Positions 1 to 14,572 are shown, numbered from the whole stretch's first letter. The stretch: DNA of 62,424 nt, filler included, from Vermamoeba vermiformis (GCA_045837725.1; 6 parts of 6 records of this genome joined end to end with filler, not necessarily neighbours in it), one strand, 5' to 3'. The notes: generated by a model from the sequence alone, not told the origin. Numbers and translations are program-made.

Positions 1-27
1 ATAATTAATTAAAAAATAAACCCTTAC

Positions 28-149
28 CTTTGAACTGATGGCAGATCAAGATGCCTCAAAATTAGGTAGATCAGATCATTTGTCAAGCTACCTAAGAACC
101 AATCGTTCGAGTGGTGAAACGCCTTATGACGCTTATTTGATGCGCTCAT
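28..149 (-). CDS. First exon of a probable F-box protein (continues beyond window start)
   Basis: Manual translation from ATG at 149: MSASNKRHKAFHHSNDWFLGSLTNDLIYLILRHLDLPSVQR, an F-box-like pattern, ending at a GTAAG donor at 27-23. Confidence 0.5.
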
Positions 150-912
150 ATTGCGGGATTCATTCTACAAGAATTCACACAATCGGCGACTAAATTCGGT
201 TCAAGCTGAATGGAAAATTGCAGTAGTGCGAAAAATTCGTCACATAAGCGTACGAAAAGGTTATCACGTCTTCTGGCGCTCTCTAAAGCTTCGTAGAATA
301 TTTGATCCGTTTTCTTCCCACCAAATTCTTGAACTCCGAATCCTATTCCTCTGCGAACCATTGCAGCCTAACAATTTTCAATGCATCACATCATTACTCT
401 GCAAAAACCGACTTTTCATTCAAATTAATTTCCGGACGATCGCGAACACGCGTGATGGATAAGAACGATAACTATAAGGAAGGTAACTAACTACAAAACG
501 TTCTTCTTGGACGGAAGTAACACTATAATCGAATAGGATTCTTTATACGACCAAGCAACGTCCATGAAGATGAAATAAAGAACAATCGAATTGAATTAGT
601 AAGTTTTTTCAAGCAGCAATTTAATTAGTGCAACATTATTGTTCTGCCGCGAGCTTATCCCATTCGCAGATTGTCGTGCGCGGGCTAGCTAAAGAACGAG
701 CTCTTCGTCAACAAATCAGCGCAGTCAATCGCGTGCTATGCACTGAGTTCTTAGTCAAAAAGAGAGCTCGTTAAAACGACTCGGTGCCACATCCGCGTCT
801 CTTTGCAGACAAATGACAAGAAGACTACCTAAATCGATTCAAATACGTGTATATTAGTTAAAACATTCATGTAGATATTCTAAGAAATAAAGTACATCAT
901 TTTATTGTTCGT

Positions 913-2728
913 TTATTGCAGCAACTTGGAGATCTCATCTGCCGCTTGATTATTTCCTGTTTCTTTGAATAGCTTAACCATAAGCTTAATCTATTATAAT
1001 GCATTAGTACTATACTAATATAATTGATCTAACTACTTACCGTATCGTGCAATTGTTCGTCAATTTCGATGTCTTTAAGGCTTTGGATCAACCTTTGCGT
1101 ATTTTGTGCAAACATATTCAACGTCTTTTCGCATTGTTTTAGGCCGTGTAATTGAATAACAGTCAAAATGAGCTGAAATAAGCTCCATACATTCGATACA
1201 AAGTCACTCGTTGTGTCATCGCGACTCAGATTCGTGATCAGAGCGCTAACGAGGAAATCATCCTTAGCAGTATATATAGAGTTGTAATCAGCATCTAAAT
1301 TAATGATGCATATACAACAGGATGTTATAGTGTTCAATGAGTCTGAGAGCTTGATCAGCTTTGAAATATTAGATGTGATCCGGTCATCGCTTGCCAATGC
1401 TTTGTCAAACGTTGCTTTAGCTGATAATATCTCAATAACTCTTAATAGATTCTCTAAATAAGACGCGCTATAATAAAAACAACTCTATTAATCGAATCGA
1501 TCTAATAAAACTTTATCAAAAATTTGCAGATCTAATGCACCCTTAAACGTCATTCCACATTCATATAAAACGCTATAATAACTCTATTACGTGTCTATTA
1601 TTTAAATATGGCGTATTAGTGCTATTTAAACTTACCAATGGTTGACAAAATGATCGTTGCTAGACTGCACTTTCCGTTCAAGGGCCGCAGCAAGAGTTTC
1701 GACAATATTCAATGTCTTCAATTTCTCGGTAATAGACTCGCTGTACCAGGTCATATTAATCACCAATAATAAGATCTTGTCGCATAGCGTCTCGTCACGA
1801 GTGTGCGGAAGTACGAACAGGACGTGACTCAGAATCGGCTCTTCGTCCAATCGATCGAGCCAGATGTCGCGTGTGTTAGCTTTTGATGTCAAAACTGACA
1901 GCGTTCTAATTATAAAAAATAAAATTAATAAAATACTAATGAGACTGCGGATCCACCTTTCCGAAAAGACAATTTTAGAACCTTTAATATTCTTTTCTCC
2001 TCATTATTTATGGTAAAATACTTTTATATATTATTATGTGGGTGTTAAAAAGGAGTTACCTGAATATTTCGGTCAATACAGGCGTGTCTTCCGAAGTCAG
2101 CAACAAATGAATCAAAATTTTATGAATGTTTTCGTTGTTTTGAGTAATATCGAGTGCTATATTATCAAACGCTACTATATTTCCTATAATGCCCGTTGAA
2201 ACTTCCTAAATAAGAATTACATTAAGCACTTTAGCAAACTAGATCTGTAACTCACCAATAATCGGCTAGAATGACGCATTGCCAGCATTTGTGATAATAC
2301 GGGCATAATATGGTTATCATACATAAGCTCTGCGAGCTCTTGTTGTGTACTTAAAGTAGATGTGGTCAGCGATATTTTACGTGCTCATTTCCCGCCTTTT
2401 TTAAATATCGATTTTATGGCCTATTATTTTAATGTGTATTATTGGACAATATTTTCCTATTTTTATTGCCAATTTATGCGTGGAAATGATTTTGAAAATA
2501 ATTAAAAAAATACCTGACGTCCCAGAGCAAGCAACAAGCCTCAATCTCTGATTGTTCGTTAGCTTCTAATTGTTCATCGGTTAATTGGGCATTTTTTTCT
2601 TCATTATGATTCTTGGCTGATTCCAAAAGTAAGATCATCTGTCGCAAAATATGCGACTTGTCTATTGTCGATTCGTTAGGGTTAAAATGGTCACCATCAG
2701 GTGCAAGTGGATTATGTGCTATATCCAT
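913..2728 (-). CDS. SAAL1: SAAL1-like armadillo-fold protein, 6 exons (approx. 2728-2514, 2349-2256, 2205-2060, 1904-1636, 1467-1041, 990-913)
   Basis: N-terminal HNPLAP, EACCLLWDV, SRLLEVSTGIIGNI and SEDTPVLTEIFR match remembered SAAL1 motifs (RLREICVGILGNM, DSDPPTLLETSR); GT-AG junctions keep the frame. Confidence 0.75.
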
Positions 2729-2918
2729 TGTTCTTCGTTCATGAATAATTACATAAGACTGAAATCTGGAAATTTTTGTTTACGATAGAAAAAGTTTTAT
2801 TAATAGCACACAAATGCGTAAAATAAATATAAACCACATTAATACTATGTTCAAGATTGCTCTATATAATATAATACGTCTTTTGACCTCGTTTTTTGAC
2901 TTCAAGCCAACTCCACAT

Positions 2919-5900
2919 CTACTGCGTCAGCTGATTCGTGGTCGGATCAAATACCACGGGCTTATGCTGCACGAATTGCGGTGTCGATATTGAAATCTCG
3001 CTGTTGCCTCCAGACAATTTCTTGCTGTCCCGCTTCTCAATCTTGTCATTTACATTCTTCGCGGCCTTTGTGATCAGATCCTTCACGCCGCCAAGGATCG
3101 TGTCCAGTGACGGCTGTTCTTTCTTATCTTTCATCTCGCGACTCTTAGCAACGATATTAGACAGCTCTTCTTTGCGCGTACGCATCATTTTGCCCTTGAA
3201 TTCGGGTGATTGCATGGCCGCGCGTTCAGCGTTGATTAACTTGGTCAAAAAGAATTGACGGAACGCATCTGTCTTCTCGAACACTGGCGGGAACGGCAGT
3301 TCAGGGAACGAGGGCACAGTACCGACCTTGTTCACGATCACCAGCCTAATCACAAATAATACTCCGTTAGCAATCAATTCAAAAACCGTACCGAACCAAA
3401 ACTTCAAAAAGTTCACCAAAAAAAGGGATAAATTAAACTTTGCTACAATTTACGCGAGTGAATTACTGGTTTTCAATTTAGTCCCAATTAAAGTCGTAAA
3501 CAATGTACAATTGAATTCAAATTAATATAATCAATCACGATTAATTCAAAAGTGTAAATTTACGGTATTACTTTTGGTAAATATTTAATAATAACGAAAC
3601 AAACGTATTTAATACGAATGACTTACTTGTATTTAGTCGGTGAGGAACCAGGGATCTTTTCAACAATAGCAAAAATGTCTGTTAATAGTAGGTCAAGGAA
3701 AGTAATATGCATTGAATATACGTTAGTGTTCTAGTGTCTATATATCATAGTCGAATAAGGATACGGTTAAACTGGTTTGTCAAAATTAGCGGATCGAACG
3801 GCTGTTTTCCTTCTTTGAAAATAATAACGACGACGTCATTACCAATGTGACGCTTTCGCTCGACCTAATGAATGAATATTAGTACACCAAATATCTTCGC
3901 ACGAATAATTTTTCAAAAATTGCGATCTCGATCTTGCAAAGCATTAATTAGGCGTGATTTAGCCTCGCAATATTGTCATATAACCAATTACTATTATAAT
4001 ATTACTTACTCTTTGAACGTCTTGTTCTTGAGAGGGCAACAAAGTTGACACGTGGAACATAATTTCTTTGCCCAAAACTTCTTTGTACACTGAGTACTCA
4101 CCGGTACTCTTATCTATAATCGTATTGTTAGTATATTATAATATAATAATACTGTTGTGATGTGGTTGTAACGTACTTTTGGTGTCAAGACCACCACGGT
4201 ATTTTTCCCAGCCGAACAGTTTGATACGGTCTCCGAGCCAGGCCAAAAACTCTTCATAATCAGCACTACCCGCAGCTATAACACATATTATTAGTACTAG
4301 GCACCTATACTATATAACACCGATCCCTATTTGTTTTGATAATTTTCGAGTGAGATCTAGTGCGTGAAAGGTACGTACTCTGAGCGAACATTTCGTCCTC
4401 AGTCAGGCCGTCGCGCCAGTACAGAACGCCAAATTTGTAATTTCCATACATGATTAATTCCTTTCGTTCCATATCGACCAACAGCTCTTGCAGTTGAGGG
4501 TTTCTGACTTTAGTTAACTTGACTGTCGACAGTTCAGCAATGTTGTTCAAAGCCTTCACGACCGATTTGCCTTCGGGAACCTCCAAAATTGTTCTTTCGT
4601 GGCCCTATAACTATATATTAATAAATTGCATCAAGACAAAACCTGCACTCGCAATCTAGATCTAGACGAAAAAATTCTTCAAAAAGTCCAACTTCGTTCT
4701 TGTCGAGTCTAAATATAGTAATATGTGCAAATATCAAACGGACTTACCCTCTTCGTTCTTATTATACATTTTAATCGGTCTTCTTTCTTTGATTTCTCTG
4801 CCTTTTCGACTGAAATAACTACAGCACCAGGTGGTTCGCCCTCGGCTGACTCACCGACGAGGTTGACGTGGTCTATATTTAGATATCATTAGCGATTATT
4901 TTTTATAATTAAAGCGCATTAAATATTGGTTGTAACGAAAGTTTCATTCAAAAAAATCTGATCTGTTTGAGGTCTAAAACTATCTTAATTGTACATATTG
5001 ATAATCTCGCTGTACTCAATTATTATATAAGAATATATACGTACCAACAGAGCACATCAAATCCCGATAGAAAAATATGTCCAGATCTCCGTATTCAATT
5101 TCCAAATGAGGTGCAGTGGGTGCGCCTTTTTGACCAAATTCAATATAGTAGCCGAGTGAAGTACACCGCGGGTCTACCATGCCAGTATAATCTTTTGGAA
5201 TTGACGCCAGGTCCTAGAGAATGATCCAGATCAGTAACGGTTACAAAAATTCAATTTGCCTTAAAATATTATTAACAAATCCGTAATCAAGATCTGTGTG
5301 ATATATCGACCACATATACGACTGGTATACTATCTGTAATTTGATTATAAAATAAGAAAGCCAATTTGACTGGTCGTGTCAACTATCATCTTTGCAATTA
5401 ATTATCGCCATTGTATAAGCGTTTAGAAACCCTATTCTACTATCACATACCACTGACGGCCACTCTCTCTTCGGACGCTTTTGGGTGAGCCAATCCTCTT
5501 CGCTCATTTGTGACAGCGGATCCTCGAAGGTCTCAGTCCTAAAATCGTCGTTAATAATATAGCCCGAACCAAATACTCTGTTATAATAATGAGCGCATTG
5601 GAATATATTACTCAATGCCATTATTATTAGTTTCGCCCAAATTCGGTAAAATAAGAATTTGGTTCATTTTGTAACGGATCCAAATTTTTGGTCTCATTCT
5701 AGAAAAAATAGCTAAATTAATAAACTTACTCCTCCTCTTGCGCGCTGACGTCATCTGTGTTATTAGAGCTCTTATCTTTATCTGTTCTATCTTTTTCTGA
5801 GTCGCCTTTGTTTTTGCTGTGTGTTCGCTTGACGCTCTCGCTGACTTTGGCAAACAGGCCCTTTTGTTGTATTTTTGAGAATGTCCTTGAGAACGACTAG

Positions 5901-7562
5901 ATATGCAAGAAATATATGTACATAAGAATATGGGGATACATAAATTAATTCAAAAAAATGAACAAATTAGGCCTCGTTGCAGAAATAGAATCGAAACCGA
6001 AGCAAATTAGCCTAAAAAAATTCTAAAAATAATACGAGGCTACTAAAACGAGAATATTTCATTCGTACACGATAAACGAAGCGGAATAATTTGTTTTGAA
6101 TTGCGTAGGAAATCAACGCTAGAATTCTAGCTTGGCAGATGATAAATAGATTAAAATCATTTAGTTACCTTCACGAAGGCTTTGCTACTTCGTTTCGTGC
6201 CTTTACCGTCTTCGGGAGATAGAGACGCCGATGAGACTGATAATTTTCGTTTCTTTGTGCCCGTTTCAAGATCGATTGAATGCATATCGCTAGAAGCCTT
6301 TGGAGGCGGTGCAACATCGGTAGAAGATGACATAGATGACTATTATACGGGGATATATAGGTTAGATATGATCTTTTTTCGGAATGGGCGTATCCGTTGA
6401 GTATTAATTGATCGGAAAGTCGAAACGGTTTCGAAACTGATAGTAAATGAGAATAGTATGAAAATAATACTTACTTCATTGCTGTTTCCTCGTCCCCTAT
6501 AATATATTAATAAATGGAGTTAGCGTCAATAATTTGAAATCTAGTGTACGTAAAAAATTAAATCGACTCGGGCATTGAATGCTAAAGCTGAAAATCAGCA
6601 AAATTATTATTTATGGAATATAACTGCGTATATCTAGCGGGAAATGAAAGATAAAAGGTAAATAGAGTAACACCTCGAGTGAATCAGACGAACGTCACCG
6701 AAGTGATAAAAATTAAATTAAAACCCGATAATTACATAGATTGATAGGCAATATAAAATATATTCGGTATTTACCTAGGAGAAGTGAGCCCTGAGATGCT
6801 CATACGTCTTGATTTTCTATCAATAGTCGGACTGCTGCCAGCTGATCGGGGACTAACAGTATCGTCTGAAGCTCGTCTATCAGCTTTTTCTGATGCTGCA
6901 AGTGCATTTTGTACACGACTTTGAAATACTCGGGGTGGTCCCGTAGTCTTGCGAACTAAAGGGCGTTTGATGTTGGCTTCAGATTGAGCATTTTTTCTTC
7001 GTGGTGATAAATTACCTGCAATATTTCCATCACTGCTAGGTCCTCCATTGCGCTCGCTATTTGGTGAATCTGATGCTGAAGATTCATCTTCGTTATTTGA
7101 ATTTGCTGTGGCTACTGGTGCTCCATTAACGCTCTTTGGAGGAGGTGGTGGCGCATGTGAAGGACGCTTGGGCAGTGGGCCCTTTGCAGCAACTTTGGGC
7201 GTATTTGAATTGGGTGACAATGGTGGGTTTATAACACCATGATCGATGGTGGTTGACTTGGGTCTGCTTGGGATAGGAGGTGCCTTTTTAGTTGGTACTG
7301 GTGGTTGGTTCGGGTGCGGTGAGCCCGGTGCTTGACTGTTCGCTTGCTGTTCCATCGCAGCAAAAGTTCCAACTAATGTCGCTATCCTCGATAATTCTGG
7401 ATTTTTGCCTCCTGGTGAATTTAAAGTTCCTCTTGGACTACTGAAACTTTGTGTTGATCTTAATTTAGGTGAGGCAGGACCAGAGCTTGGGTTGTGGCTA
7501 GGAACTTTGAGTGGTGCAACACCAGGTGGAGTTGGTGGTAATCGTCTAACTTGCTCGCTCAT
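2919..7562 (-). CDS. Rap/Ran-GAP (Rap1GAP family) protein with Pro/Ser-rich N-terminus, multi-exon
   Basis: Spliced motifs YKFGVLYW, EEFLAWLGDRIKL, YRGGLD, EIMFHVSTLLP, catalytic ERKRHIGND (about 3865-3838) and FFLTKLINAERA; first exon is ORF 6771-7562. Confidence 0.9.
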
Positions 7563-8221
7563 ATTGTGTTGATGTCGTTCTACGATATTATATTATTTCT
7601 ATTTTATTGGCGCTATTTGTTTATTTTTTGAACTCCGAAAGGTGTAAAAATTGGAAATCCGCTCTGTTTGTTCCTCTTTCAATTTCTCTCCACTCAAAAC
7701 ACTAATAAAGCTTAAAAATAAATAAATATAGTGGCTATCGTATCAACAAATGCACTGTAGTTTAAAAAATTCTACCGTTGGGAATACTTGTCTGCTTTTG
7801 CCGGTCAAAATTGATGAATTTTGCTAGCCAAAATAAATCAGCACCTCGACCCGCGAGATTGTTTCTTCCTTTTAATATTCATTTGTGAATCAACCACCAC
7901 AATAGTGTAGGGATTATTACTAGCACGGAGGGTCATGACCTAAATTCGAACTAATTCACATCTAGTTCCGCAACGCGATCAACAATTGCAATCTGACCGT
8001 TACGCATATCTTTATCATTACAGTCACGAATTTATATGTGATTTTGTGGTGTTTATTAATAACAAACAAGGACGAGGCATTTTTTTGCTTCGTCGTGCGT
8101 TCAGTTATCACATTTAAATATTATTAGCTATGGTACATGTATTACAAGTTCAAAAAGTACAATTAAAGTATAATAATCCACATCGATAAGGAGTACATAA
8201 TGTGCAAAAGGAGATATCAAC

Positions 8222-11200
8222 TTACAGGTGTTGTTTCAAGTCGCGGGGCTGGATCGCTGTTGGCGCGCCTTTCAGCTTGTGCTTGAGGTTCTTCAAATAG
8301 CTTTCGATCTTATGGACCAGTATTCGCTCTTCAAGATTAACTTTCTTCTCTTTCTTCGAGACAGAACCTGCTGGCTTGTCCATCGACGTGCGTGTTTTAC
8401 CGCCAGGAGCGCTGGATGTCATTGGTCGCTGAACGTCTTTGCTCTCGCGTGTCAGAGCAGTGCCATTGTTGTTCATGGGCACAGTGGGCGATGACAGTGA
8501 GTGCAAGTCCATCTTGTTCTCGAAGCAGTAAGCGCTCTTGCCGACCAAACTTAATTGGTAGCCAACGTGGATGTGACCGTTGAAAGTGTCATAGATCGGG
8601 TCCTTCACGTCAACGATGCGCATTACACTGAGCGTGCGAAGGGTGCTTGCATCTTGCTCGAGCATGAAGTTGGGCTGCGCAAAGTTAACGATCTTGGTAA
8701 CCTTGTATCGTTTCTGTTGGAGCTTGATCGCCAAGAACACCGAGATGATGCTGCCCAACGAGTGACCGATAAGTTGAAGAGCGTAACCCTTGAGCAAGTG
8801 ACTTTCAACGGCCTTCTGAAGTTGCTCGACGATGGTCTCGATCTTGAAGAAGTTTTTGAAGTCGAAGCTCGGATCGCTAAGCTGCGACGCCTTGAGGCCA
8901 GATTCGTCAAACATATCACCTACAACGAGTGCATTAGTACGAGCATATCAGAGAAAGAAGCAAAAGCTAAAAAAAAAAGAAAGTTGGGTCAGACTGGACT
9001 GGCGATTAGGTTTGTCACTCAATTAGGAGTGCTTTTTTTCTGCATCAACCCCAATTATAACATAATTTGTTGGTATCAAATCGAGTTTTGTCGGTAGCTG
9101 CGGAGGTGGCGGGAAGAATTTATGGTACGGGCTGAGAAAAAATAAAAAAAATGTTGGATGCACAGGGCTTCGATCCCCGTACCTCCCGCATGCGAAGCGG
9201 ACGTGCTACCAAGTGCACCATGCACCCATCGTTGAATTCCGTTTTTCGAGTCCCGAGCACCACCTCCGCTACGAAACAAAATTGTTCTTACCTGTCAATA
9301 CGATCTGCGTTCTCTTGTAGTCTCCGTTCGTGATAACCATGAATTTGATGCCCATCACTTGGTCGACCACGAGCACGTACGGTCCGTAGGTATCTTTAAT
9401 GGCTGCTTCATCTCCTGACGCGCAAGATTGGCACAACAGAGCCAGGTCGTAGATCTCTTGGAAGTTGACCGCAGCGTTCGTCGACTTTGCGCTAGCGAGT
9501 TCTTCCATACGCTTCGTAATCAAGTGGTAGAAAGGATTGTTGGCAATGCTACCTCTAATAGCTTCTATCCACTCTTCGTTGTCTTTCGAGTTTTCAGCAG
9601 TAAAGAAGAGTTCTTTGTGGTTTCCTTGCATCAACTTGCCCTTCTCCATCTTGCAGGACTTGATTGGTCCACCGTCGGCAGCAACCAAAGCGAATCGAAC
9701 GATCTTCTTCTTTTCTTCACGAGGCTTCACGACGACGTTTTCCAAAGGAATCAAGCCGTTGGGGTTGTCGCTGTCTTCTTGCGATTTATAGTAATAGAGC
9801 ACTTGATCTTTAAGGATAAAGTACCGCGGGCTCCATTTCTTGTTACGACCGTCGGTTTGTCGCTTCAGCCATCCTTTCTTCTCGATGACCACCAGATCGT
9901 CGCTATCAAGCTTGATTTCGTTCTCAACGACGCTATCGTACATTCGCTCCAGGAAATCTTGTGGAGGATCTTGACCAGCCCAAAAACCGTGACTGTTCTT
10001 GATGAACTGACTCTTCGTCATCTTATCCTTAACGTTCGGATTGTGTGCGTCCGTATGAAGCATAATCAACGAGAAAGCAATCATGTAGGCAGTGTCCTCG
10101 TCGGGGAAGAAGTCTGGATTGTTTTCGCAGTATCGGGCCGAGAAGCGTTGCATGCAGCGATCAATCATTTGAGCTTCACCGGGCAAGCGGAACTTGGTCA
10201 AAAAGACACGGAAAGCCTGATCGAACTCCATGCCTTCGAAGTTGAGTCTGTTCGTAAATGCTGTGAGGACTTCAAAGTTCTCCTTTGTGCCAAGGTAGTC
10301 GCCCATAACCTTGCGTGACAGGCTATCGTTCTCCTTTTGCAAGAAGAAGGCCATATCTTGAGCAAAGTTGTTCTTGTCCACCAAGCCTTCGCTAATGAGG
10401 TACTCGACACCAGTCTTAGGCTTGGCATTGAATCGCTTGACGGCTTCGGCGAACTTGGCTTGAGTCTTTTCGTCGAAAGCACCTTTCTGACGCATTTTGA
10501 CGGCATCGTTGATGATCTCCTTGAAGGCAGGCGAGACGAGCTCGATTGGCATTCGTCCTTCGTTGTCCTTCTTGTTGGGATCAGCACCGTGTTCAATCAA
10601 AACTTTCGCGACTTCTTCGTGTCGCTTGACAATGGCATGTAGCAGAGCACTTCGTCCCTTCTTGTCAGTTCGGTTCACGTCCAACTTTTGCGTTAACAAG
10701 AATTTGACGATATCTAAGTGACCAACACTGTACATCAAGGGAGTCATGCCACCAACATCAACGGCCTCAACGTTGGCACCTTGTTTGATCAAAAATTTGA
10801 GGCAGTCCAGACCGTTGCCAAGCGCAGCCAAGTGGAGTGGTGTAGCACCTCGATCATCACCTTTGTTGATGTTTGCTTTGGCCTTGATCAACATTTCAGC
10901 AGTGGTCGCGTGACCTCGGAAAGCAGCGTTGTGAAGTGATGTTCCTTGACAGTTGTCTTCAGAGTCGACTTCAGCACCTTGTGCCAACAAGTACTGCAGA
11001 CACTCATCCTTAGCTGAGAATGCAGCCTTATGGAGAGGTGTAGCACCTTCAGCGTCCTTGCAGTTCAGATCTGCTTTGCCTTGTTCGACTAAAATCTTCA
11101 AACACTCAACGTGGCCATTGTACGTTGCTTTGTGTAAGGGAGTTGAAAGCTCTTCGTCAGTGCAATTTACATTGGCGCCCTTCTCGAGCAAAATCTTGAC

Positions 11201-14200
11201 CACAGAGGCGTGTCCATTGAAGCAAGCCAAGTGCAATGCCTTGCTGTTGCCAAACTCCATTTCAGCTCCTTTTTCGATCAACAGTTTCACGACATTAGCG
11301 TGACCATTGAACGCGGCTTGATGAAGCGGTGTTGACATTTCCTTGGTGACGGCTTTGATGTTGGCTCCTCGCTCGATCAATGCGCTAGCAGTCTTAAGTT
11401 CACCGTAGGCACTGGCGTAATGCAAAGGAGTGAAGGCTTGTTCGTTGGGAATGTTCGGATCAGCGCCGTGCTCGAGCAATAACAACGCAATTTCGTCTTG
11501 TTTCTGCATCGTAGCAAGGTTCAGCGGAGTTGCTTCCGTGGCGTCCTTGGCATTGACATCGACTTTAGCCTTGAGAAGCGCAGTCACAATATCGAGTCTG
11601 CCCGAGGCAACTGCTTGGTGCAAAGGTGTCGAGCCATCGTTGTCTTTTTCATTGGGATTGGCCCCGGCATTCAAAAGTTGATCGATAGCGGTCAACGAAC
11701 CCCTGAGAGTGTTAGAATACGAGGTTATATTATTACGACTGACTTACTTTGAAGCAGCAATGTGCAGTGAAGTAGCACCGAGAATGTTCTTGGCATTGAC
11801 GTTGCTGTTTTTAGACGACAACAGCTGTTGCAGTTCTTCCACGTTATCGTTCTGAGCAGCATCGTGCAATTGAGTCTCAGTGAGCGATTGAGCCACCGAA
11901 GTGGTTGCGGGTTTGTTTCGCTCGTTTAAGTAATGCAAGACTTCAATTCTGTTCAATCGCAACGCGACGTTATGGATTGATTCTCCTCGCGTATCATTGC
12001 ACGAAACATTGGCGCCTTTAGTCACTAGCATCTCAACAATACTACAATAGGTTAGTAAACTGTATCAATATGAGCATTAGACTTACTCTTTGTTGCCTGA
12101 TTCAACGGCATAGAACAGCGCTCCACGAGTGTTCATGTCAAACAAATTAACGTCGTTAGCGTCGCACTTGCTGAGCAGATAAGCGACGTATTGTTTTGCT
12201 TCCAAAATGCACGCATAATGCAGCAGAGTTTTGCCGTTAAAGTACTGCTTGCGAAGGTTCTCCTTTGAAGCCTTGAACAACAACTCGGTGATGTCTTTCA
12301 TGATTTCTTCTTGTTCCGCGGGCACGGTAGTTTTCTCCAGTGCAGTCAATTTGTCGTCCATTTCTGAGCTTCGGTGGTCGAAAGATCGGAAAAACGAGAT
12401 CAATTCTTTTCGGGCCTGCTTTGTGTTTCGGGTAATTCGATCAACGGCCAGAATCTTCCTTGTGACGCAGTGGTCGGAGGCATTGAACTGATTTAACGCG
12501 TTCAATAAGATTCTGTAAGGTTTGGGCGCGGCATCAGTGTTCTCAACCGGTGACCTTTGCGCGATTTTCAAGTAGAGCATCAAATCATTCTTGTCGATAA
12601 GTGCGCCAATAGAGTTATAGACTGCTTGTGATTTAGGTCTATAATATCCCGAGCCTCTGGCCTTGGTATACTCTTGTGTTTCAATTACTCGATCATACTC
12701 TTTGACCGCCGGATCTAACCGCAGAAAATAATCAGAATAAATGTCAAGCATTGTCAAGGCTATAAATAGGTAGTATATTATAGGATTTAGTATAAGAGAA
12801 CATTTTGCGATTTTTTCTTACCTTTGCGAGCCAACACCAAATGATTCTCATCATCGATGACAAGGCGAATCAACAAATAAAACTTGGCTTCGTTCTCGAG
12901 CTTAATTTGGAATAAAATTCCGTTATCTCCTTCATATCTGTATAACATGGCCACTGCTACTTTGTGCTCTTTTGATTTGTCCTCGCATATTCGAACCTTT
13001 ATGGAAAATCATACATTAAAATCGTTTCAGGTCATATAATAAATTCAAATATATTATAGACGTCATATTTGATGATGAATTAGTAATTATAAGCAATTCA
13101 TCGGCGAGCGGGAAAATAATTTCGAGCTGGGAGCACATCCAAAAGTACGAGACCAAAAAGGGGACTTACTCGAATTGCTACGCATTCACCGGGCATAATA
13201 TACTCATCAGGTTCTTGTATGATTTTAAAGGTGTATTTGCTGAAGATAAATTTTAAAGATCAGGACCGGACCTAATAATAGGTAAATATTTTTTTTCTTA
13301 CTTGACTGGAAACTCTGACCATTCATCTTCGAAATCCTCCTCTAATACTGGCGGTACTTTCTCAAGCTAATAATTAAAGTAATATTAGAAAAGAACTAAG
13401 CAAATTTCGTGTCAGATCGTTCTTACCCTTCGAACAGTTTTTGATTGTGCTCGTGGCTTATTATTTACTGGCAAATTTAGAGCCTTCTTTTCTTCAACAG
13501 GCTTATTCTCGCCGGTTTGGGCTTTAAACGATTCTAGCATCCTAGTCTGGGCCTCATCCGCTTCGATTTTCTCTTCCAATTCGGAACTTGAAGAATCTTC
13601 TTCTGGTATCGCCTTATCGACGGCAAATGAATCTTCATCTCTATCAGTATTTTCGTTGCTTAAAGGCAAGCTGGCCGAGCTTGATCTTCGCGATGTCGAT
13701 CGTTCCGTATTTTGATTGCTCGTGTGGGGTGATTTATCGCCTTCTTTTTCACTATTGCTATGAGATGATAAAGGACGATCTTTCTTTACAAAATTCGGGT
13801 CCACTTTAACCTTTGGAGATTCGAGGGTGGAATTATTAGCATTTTCAACCTTCGGACTGTGAGGCGATACAGGCTGTGCAGGTGCGCTGTTATTTAATCG
13901 AGGTGATACTAAATTAAGTCCTGTATTTGCTTTGGGATTTGCTGGAGGTGGATTCGTTGAAGGGATTACACCGGTCTTTTTGAAACTCGCTGAAACGGCT
14001 CTTTGTAATGCTGGATTGGGTGGTATTTTCGCCGTTGTAGTCGAGGCTGCTTTTGACTCTGCCTGAGCCGCTTGCTCGAATATTTTGATTTTATTTTTAT
14101 TATTCTCCAGTGCTGGGTCACTTTCGTTCACTGTTTCACCAGATGTGACGGGTTGAGGGTTCGGAATGGGTTGTTTAGGACCAATATTATTTTTAGGAGG

Positions 14201-14329
14201 CTGTTTCATATTTGCTGGCATCTTCTTTAGCCCAGATTTGACGAGGGCCTTCTTTGGACCTGGACCAGATACGTTATTCATCGGTGGTGGTCCACCAGGT
14301 CGTGGACTTGTACCATTCTCTGTACTCAT
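8222..14329 (-). CDS. Ankyrin-repeat + Sec7 + PH ArfGEF (SecG-like) with C-terminal class-3 lipase-like domain, 8 exons
   Basis: Many TPLH ankyrin repeats; Sec7 motifs FRLPGEAQMIDR and AFSLIMLHTDAHN; PH motifs KKGWL..RYFILKD..LYYY..EEWIEAI; last exon 8919-8222 has GHSLG and joins in frame through a phase-1 intron at 9291-8920. ATG at 14329. Confidence 0.88.
9155..9227 (-). tRNA. tRNA-Ala-CGC: tRNA-Ala (anticodon CGC), intronic
   Basis: GGGTGCA/TGCATCC acceptor stem with G3:U70, D-arm with TGGTAG, anticodon arm CCGC-TTCGCAT-GCGG, T-arm GGG-ATCGAAG-CCC, followed by a T-run Pol III terminator. Confidence 0.92.
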
Positions 14330-14572
14330 TTTATTAGACACAACACGAAGGGATGTGTTGCACCATTCAAAATATAAATAGAATAATCAATTCAAAAAAT
14401 ACAATCACCGAAAAAATCTTTCCAATTCAATGCCGTTTTGCTGAAACATTAATAATTCTCGCCGCTATCTCGAACACCACACATAAAAGGAAGTGATGGT
14501 AAGTAATATTTATTTAATCATACACTTCATACTAACCACTACTACAGCTTACTAAACCGCAACGACGTTCAA

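Noticed and set aside
146-490. Short ORFs at window start
   Set aside because: No motifs; they overlap the likely 5' region of the F-box exon at 149-28.
8228-11752. Long + strand ORFs (for example 9428-10318, 8555-9097)
   Set aside because: Antisense shadows of the codon-biased ArfGEF exons; no recognisable motifs.
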